This document shows, piece by piece, positions 1 to 10,060 of a stretch of 57,378 nt of DNA. Below the pieces are notes generated by a model, which had not been told where the DNA came from, did not search any database, and saw only the letters and a list, made by a program, of their open reading frames with translations. The position numbers and the translations under genes are program-made. The stretch is from a virus (lineage: Duplodnaviria > Caudoviricetes), in IMG/VR virus record IMGVR_UViG_3300033153_008467, positions 1 to 57,378 of that record; one strand, 5' to 3'. The stretch's first letter is position 1; every line of letters begins with the position of its first letter.

Positions 1-1
1 G

Positions 2-196
2 TACGTCCGCTATCGGCGTCGCAATATAGAGGCGGGCTTGTGTCCACGCTGCGGCCGCAAGCCGGAGAGGTTCAAGCTATGTAATCGTTGCAGGGACAAG
101 AGCAATCACTGTCGCCGTCTAGCTGCGAAAGCGGAACCATTCCGCCCACCGTTCCTTACGGAACACGACAAGATGGCCATCGCCGGCATGAGATAA
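2..196 (+). CDS. 5'-truncated small protein with CxxC...CxxC zinc ribbon
   Basis: Own translation of frame 2: YVRYRRRNIEAGLCPRCGRKPERFKLCNRC...GMR*. Confidence 0.55.
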   Translation, partial: YVRYRRRNIEAGLCPRCGRKPERFKLCNRCRDKSNHCRRLAAKAEPFRPPFLTEHDKMAIAGMR

Positions 197-201
197 CGCC
201 T

Positions 202-402
202 GTGAAATACCGAGTCATCAAGGACTGCAAGACGCGAGAGGAGGCGATCGCCAAGAGCGGCCTGCATATCGGGCAGCCGGCGAGGATCGTCGGCCTGATA
301 GCATCGGGCAACATCGACGGTCAGTGGACGGTTATGCCGGAGTTTGAGGTGATGGACGAGATCAACGCTTTACCGCAAGTTGAAACGAAAGATAAGACAT
401 GA
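202..402 (+). CDS. hypothetical protein
   Basis: GTG start inside ORF 88..402; stop overlaps next ATG (ATGA). Confidence 0.5.
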   Translation: MKYRVIKDCKTREEAIAKSGLHIGQPARIVGLIASGNIDGQWTVMPEFEVMDEINALPQVETKDKT

Positions 403-617
403 GCGAGTGGAAGCACTATCGGAAGCGCGGCACGACCGAGATGCGTCCGTACGTGCCGGGCGAGGACTTGAGTGGCGTGTCGGTCAATGATGAGGACAGA
501 GCAGAGGTAAGGGCGGAACGTACCGGCGGTATGATCGCCCGCAACTCAGACAACCATGCGGACCAGTGGTATGTGGCCAAGGCGTACTTCCAAAAGATGT
601 ACGAGGCGGCGAAATGA
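399..617 (+). CDS. phage hypothetical protein
   Basis: 72 aa ORF, ATGA-coupled at both ends. Confidence 0.7.
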   Translation: MSEWKHYRKRGTTEMRPYVPGEDLSGVSVNDEDRAEVRAERTGGMIARNSDNHADQWYVAKAYFQKMYEAAK

Positions 618-1168
618 CCCGCACGATCATCGCCGGCAACGGCCACAAGCTAGGCTATGTCCACATCCCCTGCACAGGCGGGCGGAGCGTTATGCACGCC
701 CTGGGGCTCCTGCCGAGCCACACGACGGCCGCGGAGCTGCGGAGGCGGCACCCGGACCTGACCGGCACGTTCGCCATGATCCGCTCGCCTCTCACGTTGC
801 TCGTCTCGTGGTACAATCGAATTCACGGGCACGACGAGGACGCGGCAAGGTTCCGCGAGTGGGCGTCGGAAGGGTTCCCGCACAAGCTGATCCCGCTGGA
901 AGGCGGCGGGCTGAAGGCAGACCCGCTGGACCAGTTGGCGTGGATCGACGATGATACTACGGTGTTCCTATATCCTCGCCTTCAAGACGCCGCCAGCTGG
1001 GCGGCCGAGGAATGCAACGCGAGGGTCCGGCGAGTCGCCCAGCATGGCACCTGGGCGAAGACACGGGGCTGGCGGGATTACTACGACGACGCGACCGCCG
1101 ACGCGGTGCGGTCACGGTGGTCGGCGACGTTTGAGCGGTTCGCGTTTCCGAAGACGGAGCTGCGATGA
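614..1168 (+). CDS. sulfotransferase family 2-like protein
   Basis: YVHIPCTGGRSV resembles the HIPKTGGTS PAPS loop; MIRSPL..LVSWY; C-terminal WRDYYD...FERFAF. Confidence 0.7.
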   Translation: MTRTIIAGNGHKLGYVHIPCTGGRSVMHALGLLPSHTTAAELRRRHPDLTGTFAMIRSPLTLLVSWYNRIHGHDEDAARFREWASEGFPHKLIPLEGGGLKADPLDQLAWIDDDTTVFLYPRLQDAASWAAEECNARVRRVAQHGTWAKTRGWRDYYDDATADAVRSRWSATFERFAFPKTELR

Positions 1169-1374
1169 TGGCTCGCTCTCACAAGAGGCCGTCGAAAGTC
1201 AAGTCCACCCACGACCCGGCAACGCCGGATGCCGATGTATCTCCGCCGCGGCTGGCTGGACGCAGGGCGGCGCGGCGACGTGATCGCACGACAGAACCGC
1301 CGATGGGCGACCCGGACCGCACGAGCTGGTGGCTCGGCTGGTATGATGAGCGGCTAAAGAGGTTCTACGCCTAA
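1165..1374 (+). CDS. small basic protein, possibly Rmf/CrpP-like
   Basis: C-terminal RTSWWLGWYD recalls the Rmf W-x-x-GW motif; coupled to upstream gene. Confidence 0.35.
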   Translation: MMARSHKRPSKVKSTHDPATPDADVSPPRLAGRRAARRRDRTTEPPMGDPDRTSWWLGWYDERLKRFYA

Positions 1375-1410
1375 TATGAGCTGAGGGAAGGGCGGCAAGG
1401 AGGTTGTCCG

Positions 1411-2367
1411 ATGAAGATACTCGTGACCGGCGGGCTCGGCACGATAGGCCGGGGATTGGTGGCGGAACTGAGGTCGCGGGGCCACGATGTGGTGTCGTGC
1501 GATCTATGCCACCAGCCGGACCAGCTCGGTTTTCGGACGGGTTCGGACGTGCCGACCCCACGATACGTGCGGTGCGATGTGGGCTGCTACCGCGAATTGC
1601 AGCAGTTGTTCGACCACCGGCCCGTCGATCTCATGTATCACACTGCCGCCGAGTTCGGCAGGTGGAACGGCGAGGACTACTATGAACGGCTGTGGCAGAC
1701 CGGAGCTATTGGGATGCGCAATATCCTGCGGCTCCAGGAATCGCGGCACTTCCGGCTGGTACACCTCTCCACGTCGGAAGTGTACGGCGACTGGGGAGGC
1801 GTGATGGCCGAGCAGGTCATGGACGAGCAGCCGATCCGACAGCTCAACGACTACGCTATCAGCAAGTGGGCGAACGAGCTACAGATCCGCAACTCGATAG
1901 CCCAATATGACACCAGGACGGTCGTCGTGCGGCTCTTCAACACCTACGGCCCCGGGGAGTATTACTCGCCCTACCGCTCGGCCATCTGCCGGTTCGTCTA
2001 CTGCGCCCTGCGCGGCCTACCGTGGACCGTGCACCGAGGCCACGAGCGGACTTCGACGTACATAGACGATACGGTGAGGACGCTCGCGAACATCGCGGAC
2101 AGGTTTCAGCCTGGCGAAGTGTATAATGTGGGCGGCGGTGAGCCTCATACGAACGAGCATGTGTCCGACTGCGTGGTCGCGGCCACGAACGCTGACCCGT
2201 CGCTCGTACAGTACAAGGACTCCGAGCCGCACACGACCAAGAAGAAGATCGTCGACACCGACAGGGCGAAGAGGGATCTCGACCACAGGATCACGGTTTC
2301 GTTAGAAGAGGGAATCAGGAGGACGGTGGAATGGATGAGGCGAACGTACGTGCCCGGCAAGGGCTGA
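1411..2367 (+). CDS. NAD-dependent nucleotide-sugar epimerase/dehydratase (extended SDR)
   Basis: TGGLGTIG, STSEVYG, YAISK (YxxxK), RLFNTYGP; SD AAGGAGG. Confidence 0.92.
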   Translation: MKILVTGGLGTIGRGLVAELRSRGHDVVSCDLCHQPDQLGFRTGSDVPTPRYVRCDVGCYRELQQLFDHRPVDLMYHTAAEFGRWNGEDYYERLWQTGAIGMRNILRLQESRHFRLVHLSTSEVYGDWGGVMAEQVMDEQPIRQLNDYAISKWANELQIRNSIAQYDTRTVVVRLFNTYGPGEYYSPYRSAICRFVYCALRGLPWTVHRGHERTSTYIDDTVRTLANIADRFQPGEVYNVGGGEPHTNEHVSDCVVAATNADPSLVQYKDSEPHTTKKKIVDTDRAKRDLDHRITVSLEEGIRRTVEWMRRTYVPGKG

Positions 2368-2903
2368 AGCTGCACCTCGGCTGTGGCGAGATTCTTTTGA
2401 AAGGCTTCGTCAACCTAGACGTCCGGCCGCTCGCCGGAGTAGACCTTGTCAACGACGCCCGCGAGCTGTACGTGTACCGCGACGGCTGCGCCGACCTGGT
2501 CTACGCCAGCCACCTCCTAGAGCACTTCTGGCCGTCCGAGGCCCGGGCCGCGGTCAAGGAATGGCATCGGGTACTTAGGCCCGGCGGTGTGCTCCGTGTG
2601 GCTGTACCGGACTTTGAGGTCATCGCGTCCCGCTACGCGGCCACGGGCGACGTCTACGATCTACGGGGGCTCCTGTATGGCAGCCGCGAATACCCTGACT
2701 ACCCGGAAGATGCCCATCACTCGTGCTGGGATTACGTGCTGCTAGTGAAGCTACTCAGGACGGTCGGCTTCGTAGATCTGCGGCGGTACGACTGGCGGCA
2801 GACGGAGCATGCGGCGACGTTGGACTGCTCGTCGGCGCACCTGCCACGGGGCGACTTCGAGCACGGGCAACTGATGAGCCTAAACGTGGAGGCGACAAAA
2901 TGA
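2331..2903 (+). CDS. class I SAM-dependent methyltransferase
   Basis: LHLGCG, NLD, YASHLLEH, RVLRPGGVLRVAVPD. Confidence 0.88.
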   Translation: MDEANVRARQGLKLHLGCGEILLKGFVNLDVRPLAGVDLVNDARELYVYRDGCADLVYASHLLEHFWPSEARAAVKEWHRVLRPGGVLRVAVPDFEVIASRYAATGDVYDLRGLLYGSREYPDYPEDAHHSCWDYVLLVKLLRTVGFVDLRRYDWRQTEHAATLDCSSAHLPRGDFEHGQLMSLNVEATK

Positions 2904-3748
2904 AGGGGACGGTACACTTGCAAGTATACAGCGGGCTCGGGTGCCGCCTACGGTGCGTGCTGGCCGCCGTCACATACACGCAGCGGTCCGGCAAGTCGCT
3001 GCACGTCAACTGGCTGAGGAAAGACAAGTCTCAGACGCTCGGGACCTTTGACGTGTCCTTGAACGAGTTATGGCGCGGCCCATACGAGGTGACAAACAAA
3101 GAGGGCAACTGGGGCGCCAAGCTCTTGACGCCCAAGGACGAGCTAGCGGCGGCGCTGGATACGGATGGCGACGTGTGGATCAGGACGGACACCACGATGG
3201 CGTTCGGCTGCCCCGATCTGGCGGGCTGCCTCCAAACGCACCTGACCCCGACGTCGCTCCTGGCCAATCGCACCGCCGCCTTAATGAAGGGCCTGCCGCG
3301 CCCGATCATTGGGCTACACTTCCGGGACGCGGTCATGAGCCGGTCACGGGCTCCGGACCTGAACTGGTACGTTGACCAGCTTCGCGAGATGCCTGAATGG
3401 CCGGTGTATCTCTGTACCGATACGCCTGAGATGGCGAATGCCGTGCGCGAACGCTTAGGAGATCGGGTACTGATAGCCGAACGGGAAGACGACGAACCGG
3501 TCGGAACGTACAATCGGGCCGGCATCATCCAGGTCGCGGCGGAGCTGTACGTGCTCGCCGCGTGCGACTGGGTGTTCGGGTCGCGGGGGTCGACCTACTC
3601 GGAGCTGGTCGCCCTGATGCGCGGGGCGGAGAAGATCGGGCGGGCGCGCGACGCGAAGAGGATGAAGGCGAACCTGACGGGCGGGCGGTACGCCGACGAG
3701 GCGTGCGGTGTTGACACGAAGGCACTAGCCGAGGTGATAGGAGTATGA
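2900..3748 (+). CDS. fucosyltransferase-like glycosyltransferase (GT11/GT23/NodZ-like)
   Basis: SGLGCRL, IGLHFR, VYLCTD and CDWVFGSRGSTYS match fucosyltransferase motifs. Confidence 0.72.
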   Translation: MKGTVHLQVYSGLGCRLRCVLAAVTYTQRSGKSLHVNWLRKDKSQTLGTFDVSLNELWRGPYEVTNKEGNWGAKLLTPKDELAAALDTDGDVWIRTDTTMAFGCPDLAGCLQTHLTPTSLLANRTAALMKGLPRPIIGLHFRDAVMSRSRAPDLNWYVDQLREMPEWPVYLCTDTPEMANAVRERLGDRVLIAEREDDEPVGTYNRAGIIQVAAELYVLAACDWVFGSRGSTYSELVALMRGAEKIGRARDAKRMKANLTGGRYADEACGVDTKALAEVIGV

Positions 3749-4395
3749 ACATTCTGGCCATCGGCGCCCACTGGGACGACATCGAGTTGGGCTGCTGTCT
3801 GACGCTGGAACGGCTACGGAAGCAAGGGGCGAACCTGTACGGGGTCGTACTGACGGATTCCGAGACGCACATGGAGACGGCGGAACACGACAGGACGGCT
3901 GAGCAGGCTGCGGAGGAAGGCTTGGCGGCGTTCGCCACGATGGGCATCGAGTTCATCGGCACGCCGCCCGTCGACCAGGGAATGCTGGAATATGACACGC
4001 TGCTCATGCGGGGACTGGACCTGGCTGCCCACGAGCGGAAGATTGACACGGTGTTCACTCACTGGCACGGCGACGTGAACACGGACCACCGGGCTGCATG
4101 GGAACTGTCCCGGGTGGCGTTCCGGCACGTCCCGAATCTACTGTGTTATCGCAGCAACGGGTATAGCGACGGCGTGACGAGGTTCGAGCCCAACCTGTTT
4201 TGCGGTTTCAGCGAGCAGGAGTACGGCCGGAAACTGGAATTGCTAAGGCAGCACGCATCTGCATGGGGCTACCGCGAAGATCGATGGCAATGGGAAATCC
4301 TCAACCAGGAATGGTACTGGGGCCACCTATGCAGCCATGACTACGCCGAGGCGTTCCAGGTCTGCCGGTTGCTGAACCCGTGGGAGGCACCGTGA
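3745..4395 (+). CDS. PIG-L/LmbE family N-acetylhexosamine deacetylase
   Basis: AIGAHWDDIELG, THWHGDVNTDH, YAEAF. Confidence 0.9.
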   Translation: MNILAIGAHWDDIELGCCLTLERLRKQGANLYGVVLTDSETHMETAEHDRTAEQAAEEGLAAFATMGIEFIGTPPVDQGMLEYDTLLMRGLDLAAHERKIDTVFTHWHGDVNTDHRAAWELSRVAFRHVPNLLCYRSNGYSDGVTRFEPNLFCGFSEQEYGRKLELLRQHASAWGYREDRWQWEILNQEWYWGHLCSHDYAEAFQVCRLLNPWEAP

Positions 4396-5090
4396 GACCG
4401 CCGGAGAGCATGCCTGAAGCCATGCGAGCCGCCTTCACTATGGACGGCCGGATACCCGTCGAGGCCGCGTACCGTGACGACACGCGGTCTGAGCCGCTGG
4501 TCCTGACGGAGGCGGCCGTCGACGCCGAGGCCGCCAAGGTACGGGCAGGCGGCTCGGTAGGGTATGCCTACACCACCCAAGAGCTGCGGCAAGCGTTCGG
4601 GCGGTGGCCGATCCAGGGAAAGCGAGTCGCCCTAGTCGGTTGCGTGCGGCCGGACTACCCCGGCATGTGTCTCGCGTACGGGGCCGCGAGCATGACCATC
4701 TTCGACCGGAACCGGATCGTGTCCAATCACCCCAAAATATGGAGTTTCGTCCCGGACCAGTGGGATGGCGAGTTATTTGACGCCGTGGTATCGCTGTCGA
4801 TGGTCGACCACGACGGGCTAGGGCGGTATGGCGACCCGATCGACCCAGAGGCGGACGTGAAGGCGATGGCTTGGTTTAGAGATATCCTGAAGCCGAACGG
4901 GCTGCTCTACTTCGCCGTGGCCGTTAGGACCGACTGCGTGATATGGAATAAGGGCCGGGTATATGGTAAACTCCGGATGCCGCTACTGCTGGAGGGATGG
5001 GATGTGCTTTTTGCACCATCGGCATACCAACGGATGGACTTCCCGAACCGCACGGTGATTGCTCTCTTGGTGCTGAAGGAGGAGCGGTGA
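4392..5090 (+). CDS. DUF268-like methyltransferase-fold protein
   Basis: SLSMVDHDGLGRYGDPIDPEAD, LKPNGLLYFAV, RVYG..R. Confidence 0.75.
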   Translation: MRPPESMPEAMRAAFTMDGRIPVEAAYRDDTRSEPLVLTEAAVDAEAAKVRAGGSVGYAYTTQELRQAFGRWPIQGKRVALVGCVRPDYPGMCLAYGAASMTIFDRNRIVSNHPKIWSFVPDQWDGELFDAVVSLSMVDHDGLGRYGDPIDPEADVKAMAWFRDILKPNGLLYFAVAVRTDCVIWNKGRVYGKLRMPLLLEGWDVLFAPSAYQRMDFPNRTVIALLVLKEER

Positions 5091-5716
5091 CCTACAGTCA
5101 ATTTGACGACGAACGAATAATCGCCCACATCCTGAACAATATCGGCGTCTGCCACCGCAGATGCTGTGAGGTGGGTGCGTCGGACGGATTGCATCACAGC
5201 AACACGGCCTGGCTGGTTCGCGAGTGCGGCTGGCACGGCACCTTTATCGAGTGCGACGAAGACAAGACCGGGCAGTGCCGGGATAACTATGAAGCGTATG
5301 ACAACGCCGTAGCTATTCACGATCGGGCCACCGTCGAGAACATCAACGATCTAGTCCCGGACGAGCTAGACTTCCTCTCGATCGACGTTGACGGCAATGA
5401 CTATTACCTCTGGGAGGCCCTGGCATCTCGCCCCCGGCTGATCTGCATCGAATACAATGAGCGGAAGACGGGGCTGGACGTTCAGCTTTATTGCCCCAAG
5501 CGACTGCGAAGTGAGATCGCTGGCGCATCGCCCGCGGCCTTGATACTGCTTGCCGAGGAGAAGGATTGCGTATTGGTTACGGGGGACTACAGGGGTAATC
5601 TGTTTTTTGTTCCGCGGAAACTACACGAGTCCCTCGCCCTTATTCCTCATGAGGCCATGTGTGATCTGGAGTCGTTTCAGCGAAACCATGGGAGAATGAG
5701 ATATGAAGGTGCCTGA
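5087..5716 (+). CDS. FkbM-like methyltransferase
   Basis: YSQFDDE, EVGASDG..SNT, DFLSIDVDGNDY, ICIEYN. Confidence 0.8.
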   Translation: MTYSQFDDERIIAHILNNIGVCHRRCCEVGASDGLHHSNTAWLVRECGWHGTFIECDEDKTGQCRDNYEAYDNAVAIHDRATVENINDLVPDELDFLSIDVDGNDYYLWEALASRPRLICIEYNERKTGLDVQLYCPKRLRSEIAGASPAALILLAEEKDCVLVTGDYRGNLFFVPRKLHESLALIPHEAMCDLESFQRNHGRMRYEGA

Positions 5717-6335
5717 CCTGCCCGAGGAGGCGCTAGCCTACGGCCGACTGTTCGACCGGACGAAGCTCTCGGACAAGATGACGTGGTGCGGCTGGACGGT
5801 GCAGAAGACGCCCGCAGATATGTGGGTCTACCAGGAGATCATCGCGGCCACGAAGCCGGACCTGCTGGTCGAGATCGGCAGCGGCTACGGCGGGACGGCC
5901 CTGTTCTTCGCCTGCGTGATGGAGTCGTTCGGCAAGGGCCGGGTACTGTCGTTCGACCCGAAGCCCAAGGGCTTGAAGTTTGGGATTCCGACGCCGAAGC
6001 ATCCGCGGCTGAAGTTCGTGACGGACGACGCGAGGCTCCATGTTGACCGTGTGCGGCGAGCGGTCAAGTTGGGCGATCGCCTGATGGTGATTGAGGACGC
6101 GAACCACACGTACTCGGTCACGTCCGGCTGCCTGGAGGTGTTTTCGCCGCTGGTCGCCCGGGATTGCTACTACGTGGTCGAGGACACCGACCGGCACCGC
6201 GGCGAGGGCAACAACGTCTGGCGGGCGGTCTGCGACTTCCTGGAGCAGAACCCCAAGTGGGAGATCGACTGGGCAGCGGAGAAGTATTATCACACGACCT
6301 GCCACGGCGGGTTCCTGAGACGGAGAACCAAGTAG
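5703..6335 (+). CDS. CmcI/cephalosporin hydroxylase family (sugar O-methyltransferase-like)
   Basis: KTPADMWVYQEII..KPDLLVEIG, IEDANH, YYVVEDT. Confidence 0.88.
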   Translation: MKVPDLPEEALAYGRLFDRTKLSDKMTWCGWTVQKTPADMWVYQEIIAATKPDLLVEIGSGYGGTALFFACVMESFGKGRVLSFDPKPKGLKFGIPTPKHPRLKFVTDDARLHVDRVRRAVKLGDRLMVIEDANHTYSVTSGCLEVFSPLVARDCYYVVEDTDRHRGEGNNVWRAVCDFLEQNPKWEIDWAAEKYYHTTCHGGFLRRRTK

Positions 6336-6337
6336 CC

Positions 6338-7105
6338 ATGTTCATGACGGACAAGCACATCCTGATCGCCGTCAACAACTGCGGGAGCAGCTACGGCTGG
6401 AACCTGCTGAGGGACACGTGCGGCGGGCGACTGATGACGAAGACAAGGCATGCGCCGGTATATGCCATCAAGCCGGAGTGGAGGAAGGGCCGCCGCGTCA
6501 TCGCCCTGCAACGCAATCCGTTCGCATGGTACGTCACCGGCTGGTACAAGAACGACAAGGGCCGCAAGTCGCGTGGCGTAGAGCGGATGACGTTCGAGCA
6601 GTGGTTTTGGTACACCAATAACATCCCATGGCGGCACCTGCCGTCTGAGTATCGTCCGCCACCGGCCGCCCACATCCTGCCTGGGGCGTATACGTTTTTC
6701 CACATGCACTACTGCCTGCGGAACTCGCGGGAAATGTTCGCGACGTATAGGAGCATGGACCAAGTCGACCGGGACTACGACGCCAACCTCGGCATCGATG
6801 ACTGGGTGTTCGCCCACAGCTACTATGAGGACTTTGCCCGCATCCTCGGGCGGCCGCTGGTGATCAACAAAAGTCAGGGCCGCAACTCGCACCCTCATAG
6901 ACCACACCAGGATTACTATACGCCTAAGCTACGAGCGTACGTCGAGAAGAATGATGCATTGTTGCTACGTCGGTACGGGTACACATTCGACGGCCCGGCC
7001 TATAGTTCGGCCGAGCACGTATACCCGGAATGCCCCTCGGCGATGGCTGTCGAGATGACGCAGGCCCAGCGGGACGAAAAGAGAGACGGTAGTTTCAAAT
7101 GCTAA
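6338..7105 (+). CDS. divergent sulfotransferase-like protein
   Basis: AVNNCGSS, RNPFAWYV, RNSHPH..QDYYT, RYGYTF. Confidence 0.65.
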   Translation: MFMTDKHILIAVNNCGSSYGWNLLRDTCGGRLMTKTRHAPVYAIKPEWRKGRRVIALQRNPFAWYVTGWYKNDKGRKSRGVERMTFEQWFWYTNNIPWRHLPSEYRPPPAAHILPGAYTFFHMHYCLRNSREMFATYRSMDQVDRDYDANLGIDDWVFAHSYYEDFARILGRPLVINKSQGRNSHPHRPHQDYYTPKLRAYVEKNDALLLRRYGYTFDGPAYSSAEHVYPECPSAMAVEMTQAQRDEKRDGSFKC

Positions 7106-7782
7106 TCGTTGATGACAAATGGCTATTCATCGGGCCGAACAGGCATGGGTCACTGTACGCCGCGGCGGTTCTCCAGGCGGCGTTTCGGTGCCAGCCAGTA
7201 GGCGGTTCGCGCCCTTCCCACACGCCGCTGTGCAAAGTGCCGGCGGAGCAGAGGGAAGGCAAGATCGTCGTCGGCACGGTACGGTGCCCGCTAAGATGGT
7301 ACGTGAGCAAATGGGCGATGTTTTGCAAGGAAAGTCCGCACAAGCAGTATGACTTCCTGACATACTTCTATCGACATTGGGATAAGCCGCACGGGCCTAT
7401 CGGTAAGAATACGCAAGACCTTCCCCTGCCCGTAGCGGACCTCGGCGGCTGGAGCTATAATCACGTGGCGTACCATAGCCTCGACGCGGCATGGGCCCTT
7501 GGACATTTGGATAGCGCAAGCCTGGTGGCACGCAATTCAATCGATGCGCTTCTTCATGCCGACGAAATGCTATGCACAGAGACCTTGTCCGATGACCTAG
7601 TTCGCGTCTTCGGCAAGGCCGTGATCCCGCATCTCAATAAATCCCGAAACGCCACGAATCCGGGCCCATTCGCATCATACTATGGGCCGGAGGAGCTGAG
7701 ACTCGTCCGCGAGAAAGACGGCTGGCTGGCTGTGCATTATCCCGATCTCGACTGCCATGATATATGGAGGCAATCATGCTGA
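7099..7782 (+). CDS. divergent sulfotransferase-like protein (paralog A)
   Basis: GPNRHGS, VRCPLRWYVSKW, ETLSDDL, YYGPEEL; paralog of next gene. Confidence 0.65.
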   Translation: MLIVDDKWLFIGPNRHGSLYAAAVLQAAFRCQPVGGSRPSHTPLCKVPAEQREGKIVVGTVRCPLRWYVSKWAMFCKESPHKQYDFLTYFYRHWDKPHGPIGKNTQDLPLPVADLGGWSYNHVAYHSLDAAWALGHLDSASLVARNSIDALLHADEMLCTETLSDDLVRVFGKAVIPHLNKSRNATNPGPFASYYGPEELRLVREKDGWLAVHYPDLDCHDIWRQSC

Positions 7783-8459
7783 TTGTCGATGACAAGTGGC
7801 TCCTGCTGGGGCCCAACCGGCACGGCAATACATTTTCCAAGCTAGTTGTCGAGGCGGGTTTCCCGGGGCGTACCCGCATGATCTTCCACAATAAGCACTG
7901 GCCTTTGTGCAAGATCCCGGAGCATGAACGCGAAGGCAAGATCATCGTCGGGATTATCCGATCACCGCTGGATTGGTACGTCTGCAAGTGGTGTGTATAT
8001 CGGAACGACCATGTGCAGTCTGATTTCCCGACATTTTATTGGCGACATTGGGATAACCCGCATGGTCAACTCGGAAAGAATACTGAGGACCTGCCTTTAT
8101 CGCCAGCAGGTATCGGGGCATGGAGCTACCAGACGGTCGCGTACAACTGCCTTGATGCCCGGCGTGCTCTGGCGGAGATCAAGACGCAAGATGATCTGGC
8201 CAAGGCATGGCCTAAATTGTGCTCCTTAGACGAGACAATGTTCACGCATAGCCTCCGGAAAGACCTGCCGCGAGTGTTTGGCGATTGCGTCCGGTCGGAT
8301 GCGGAGAAGCGGGGCATACCCAATTCGAGCTATTCCGGCGACTGTATGGTCTGGTATACCCCGGAGATCATCGAGAACATCCGCAGGACGGACGGCTGGC
8401 TCGTCAAGTTCTATCCTCACCTGCCGCACGCCGACAAATTAGGGGTGTTCCCCGAATAG
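7776..8459 (+). CDS. divergent sulfotransferase-like protein (paralog B)
   Basis: Shares MLIVDDKWL, RHWD.PHG..GKNT.DLPL and DGWL with 7099..7782. Confidence 0.65.
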   Translation: MLIVDDKWLLLGPNRHGNTFSKLVVEAGFPGRTRMIFHNKHWPLCKIPEHEREGKIIVGIIRSPLDWYVCKWCVYRNDHVQSDFPTFYWRHWDNPHGQLGKNTEDLPLSPAGIGAWSYQTVAYNCLDARRALAEIKTQDDLAKAWPKLCSLDETMFTHSLRKDLPRVFGDCVRSDAEKRGIPNSSYSGDCMVWYTPEIIENIRRTDGWLVKFYPHLPHADKLGVFPE

Positions 8460-8468
8460 GAGAGGCTG

Positions 8469-9011
8469 ATGCTGCTCGTCTCACGCCACCTCGTCGAATT
8501 CAATATCGTCCCGGCCAACGCCGTGATTCGCGTCAACCTGGCATGGGAAGCAAACCTGCATGAGGCATCGATACACATTCGCGAGTTGTCGCAGCACGTC
8601 TTCCTCGACGTTCCAGGCGATCGCGTCAAGCCGCCGTGCCACCACTACGGCCTGCGCGACGTTATCCATCTCGTCCGGGAGAACCCCAACGTCCGATACG
8701 TCGGCGTCTCCAAGGTCGAGGACTCCGAGGATATTATCGGGTACGTGGTCAAGCTGCCAGAGCGGGCGCTGGTGGTGCCGAAGGTCGAGTCGATCGCCGG
8801 CTGCCACGGCTTCGCGGACGTGGTCCCCGTCCTCAAGGAGCCGAGGACGGCGATGCTGGACCACGACGACCTATTCCACGACCTACTCGACAAGGGCGAG
8901 CCGCCTGGGGCGCTGTACGCCGAGTATATAACGCCCCTGATCGGATTCTGCCGGCTCCATAAGGTGCGGCTCCTGCGGACGGCAGGCGTCGTGTTCTCCG
9001 ATAACGTGTAG
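8469..9011 (+). CDS. pyruvate kinase/HpcH-like barrel protein (short)
   Basis: IRVNLAW, LDVP, VSKVE, VPKVES..G and MLDHDDL parallel PK-barrel motifs. Confidence 0.6.
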   Translation: MLLVSRHLVEFNIVPANAVIRVNLAWEANLHEASIHIRELSQHVFLDVPGDRVKPPCHHYGLRDVIHLVRENPNVRYVGVSKVEDSEDIIGYVVKLPERALVVPKVESIAGCHGFADVVPVLKEPRTAMLDHDDLFHDLLDKGEPPGALYAEYITPLIGFCRLHKVRLLRTAGVVFSDNV

Positions 9012-9028
9012 CGAGAAAGGAACAAGGC

Positions 9029-10060
9029 ATGGTTCGCATCATCGTCGATCCGCGCGTGTCTGGCGGACTACCGATAAAGTATCGCTCGATGCGCACCTTG
9101 ACGTACCTAGCATGGATCGCACGCGACATGGGCCACGATGTAGTTGTGCGGGCCGACCCTGCTGGGATAAAGGCTTTGCGATCGCAACAAACTCGCGACG
9201 GTACGGACGGCTTCGCTTATCTGAATCTCTTGCTGACTATGCCCTTTACCTCTGATGCGGACACGCATTGCGACGTATTGATCTGCACCGAAGAGAAGGC
9301 TTTAAGGCAGCCCCGGCCATCGTGCAAAGTGGCCGCGTGGCGGACAATGAAGGGCGGCGGGGACAAGGCGATTAAGGGCCGGGGGAAGTTCGACCTGCTG
9401 TGCAGCCATGTGCTCTCGCAGCCGGACTGGACGCAGCAGACAACGACGAAAGGCAAGAAGCGTGGCGACGTGCCCCTGAAGAACCCGCTTGGCGGCAAGT
9501 GGTTCCAAGTGCCACTGCTGCCTTTTGAGCGCACGCTGTACCGCATCCACAAGGACGATATGTGGAAAGCATACCTACAGGATGATCTGGAAGCGATGCG
9601 GGCGAAGTACGGTTCGCCCAAAAAGAAGCGGCATGCGGGCTTCGTCGGCCACCCGTGGAGCTGGCGGACGGCGATCGGCCGGACGCTCGACGATTCGCGG
9701 TTCGTCTTCCGCTGGGTTGTCAGCGATAAACGCGAGACGCACCTTCGCCCTAACGACTACCTGCGGTGGCTGTCAGAATGCCGGCTGTCGCTGAATCTCC
9801 CTGGCGATACATGGGCGTGCAGCCGCTTCGCGGAATCAGCGATCATGGGGGTGCCGATCGTGCATCCGCGGGACACGGTCTATCTGACGCCGCCGCTCAC
9901 CGACGATAACGCGGTGCTCGTGTCTGACTGGGCCGAGATGTTGACGTGGGACAAGCTGGACGATCTACCGCGGATCACGGCCAATGCCGACAAGGCGTAC
10001 CGCGAAGGATGGAGCCTACGAGGCCAGTTTCAACAGATGCTGAGAAGGCTGGGGATATGA
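9029..10060 (+). CDS. GT-B fold glycosyltransferase-like protein
   Basis: GFVG...R; YLRWL...SLNLPGDTWACSRFAESAIMGVP. Confidence 0.65.
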   Translation: MVRIIVDPRVSGGLPIKYRSMRTLTYLAWIARDMGHDVVVRADPAGIKALRSQQTRDGTDGFAYLNLLLTMPFTSDADTHCDVLICTEEKALRQPRPSCKVAAWRTMKGGGDKAIKGRGKFDLLCSHVLSQPDWTQQTTTKGKKRGDVPLKNPLGGKWFQVPLLPFERTLYRIHKDDMWKAYLQDDLEAMRAKYGSPKKKRHAGFVGHPWSWRTAIGRTLDDSRFVFRWVVSDKRETHLRPNDYLRWLSECRLSLNLPGDTWACSRFAESAIMGVPIVHPRDTVYLTPPLTDDNAVLVSDWAEMLTWDKLDDLPRITANADKAYREGWSLRGQFQQMLRRLGI

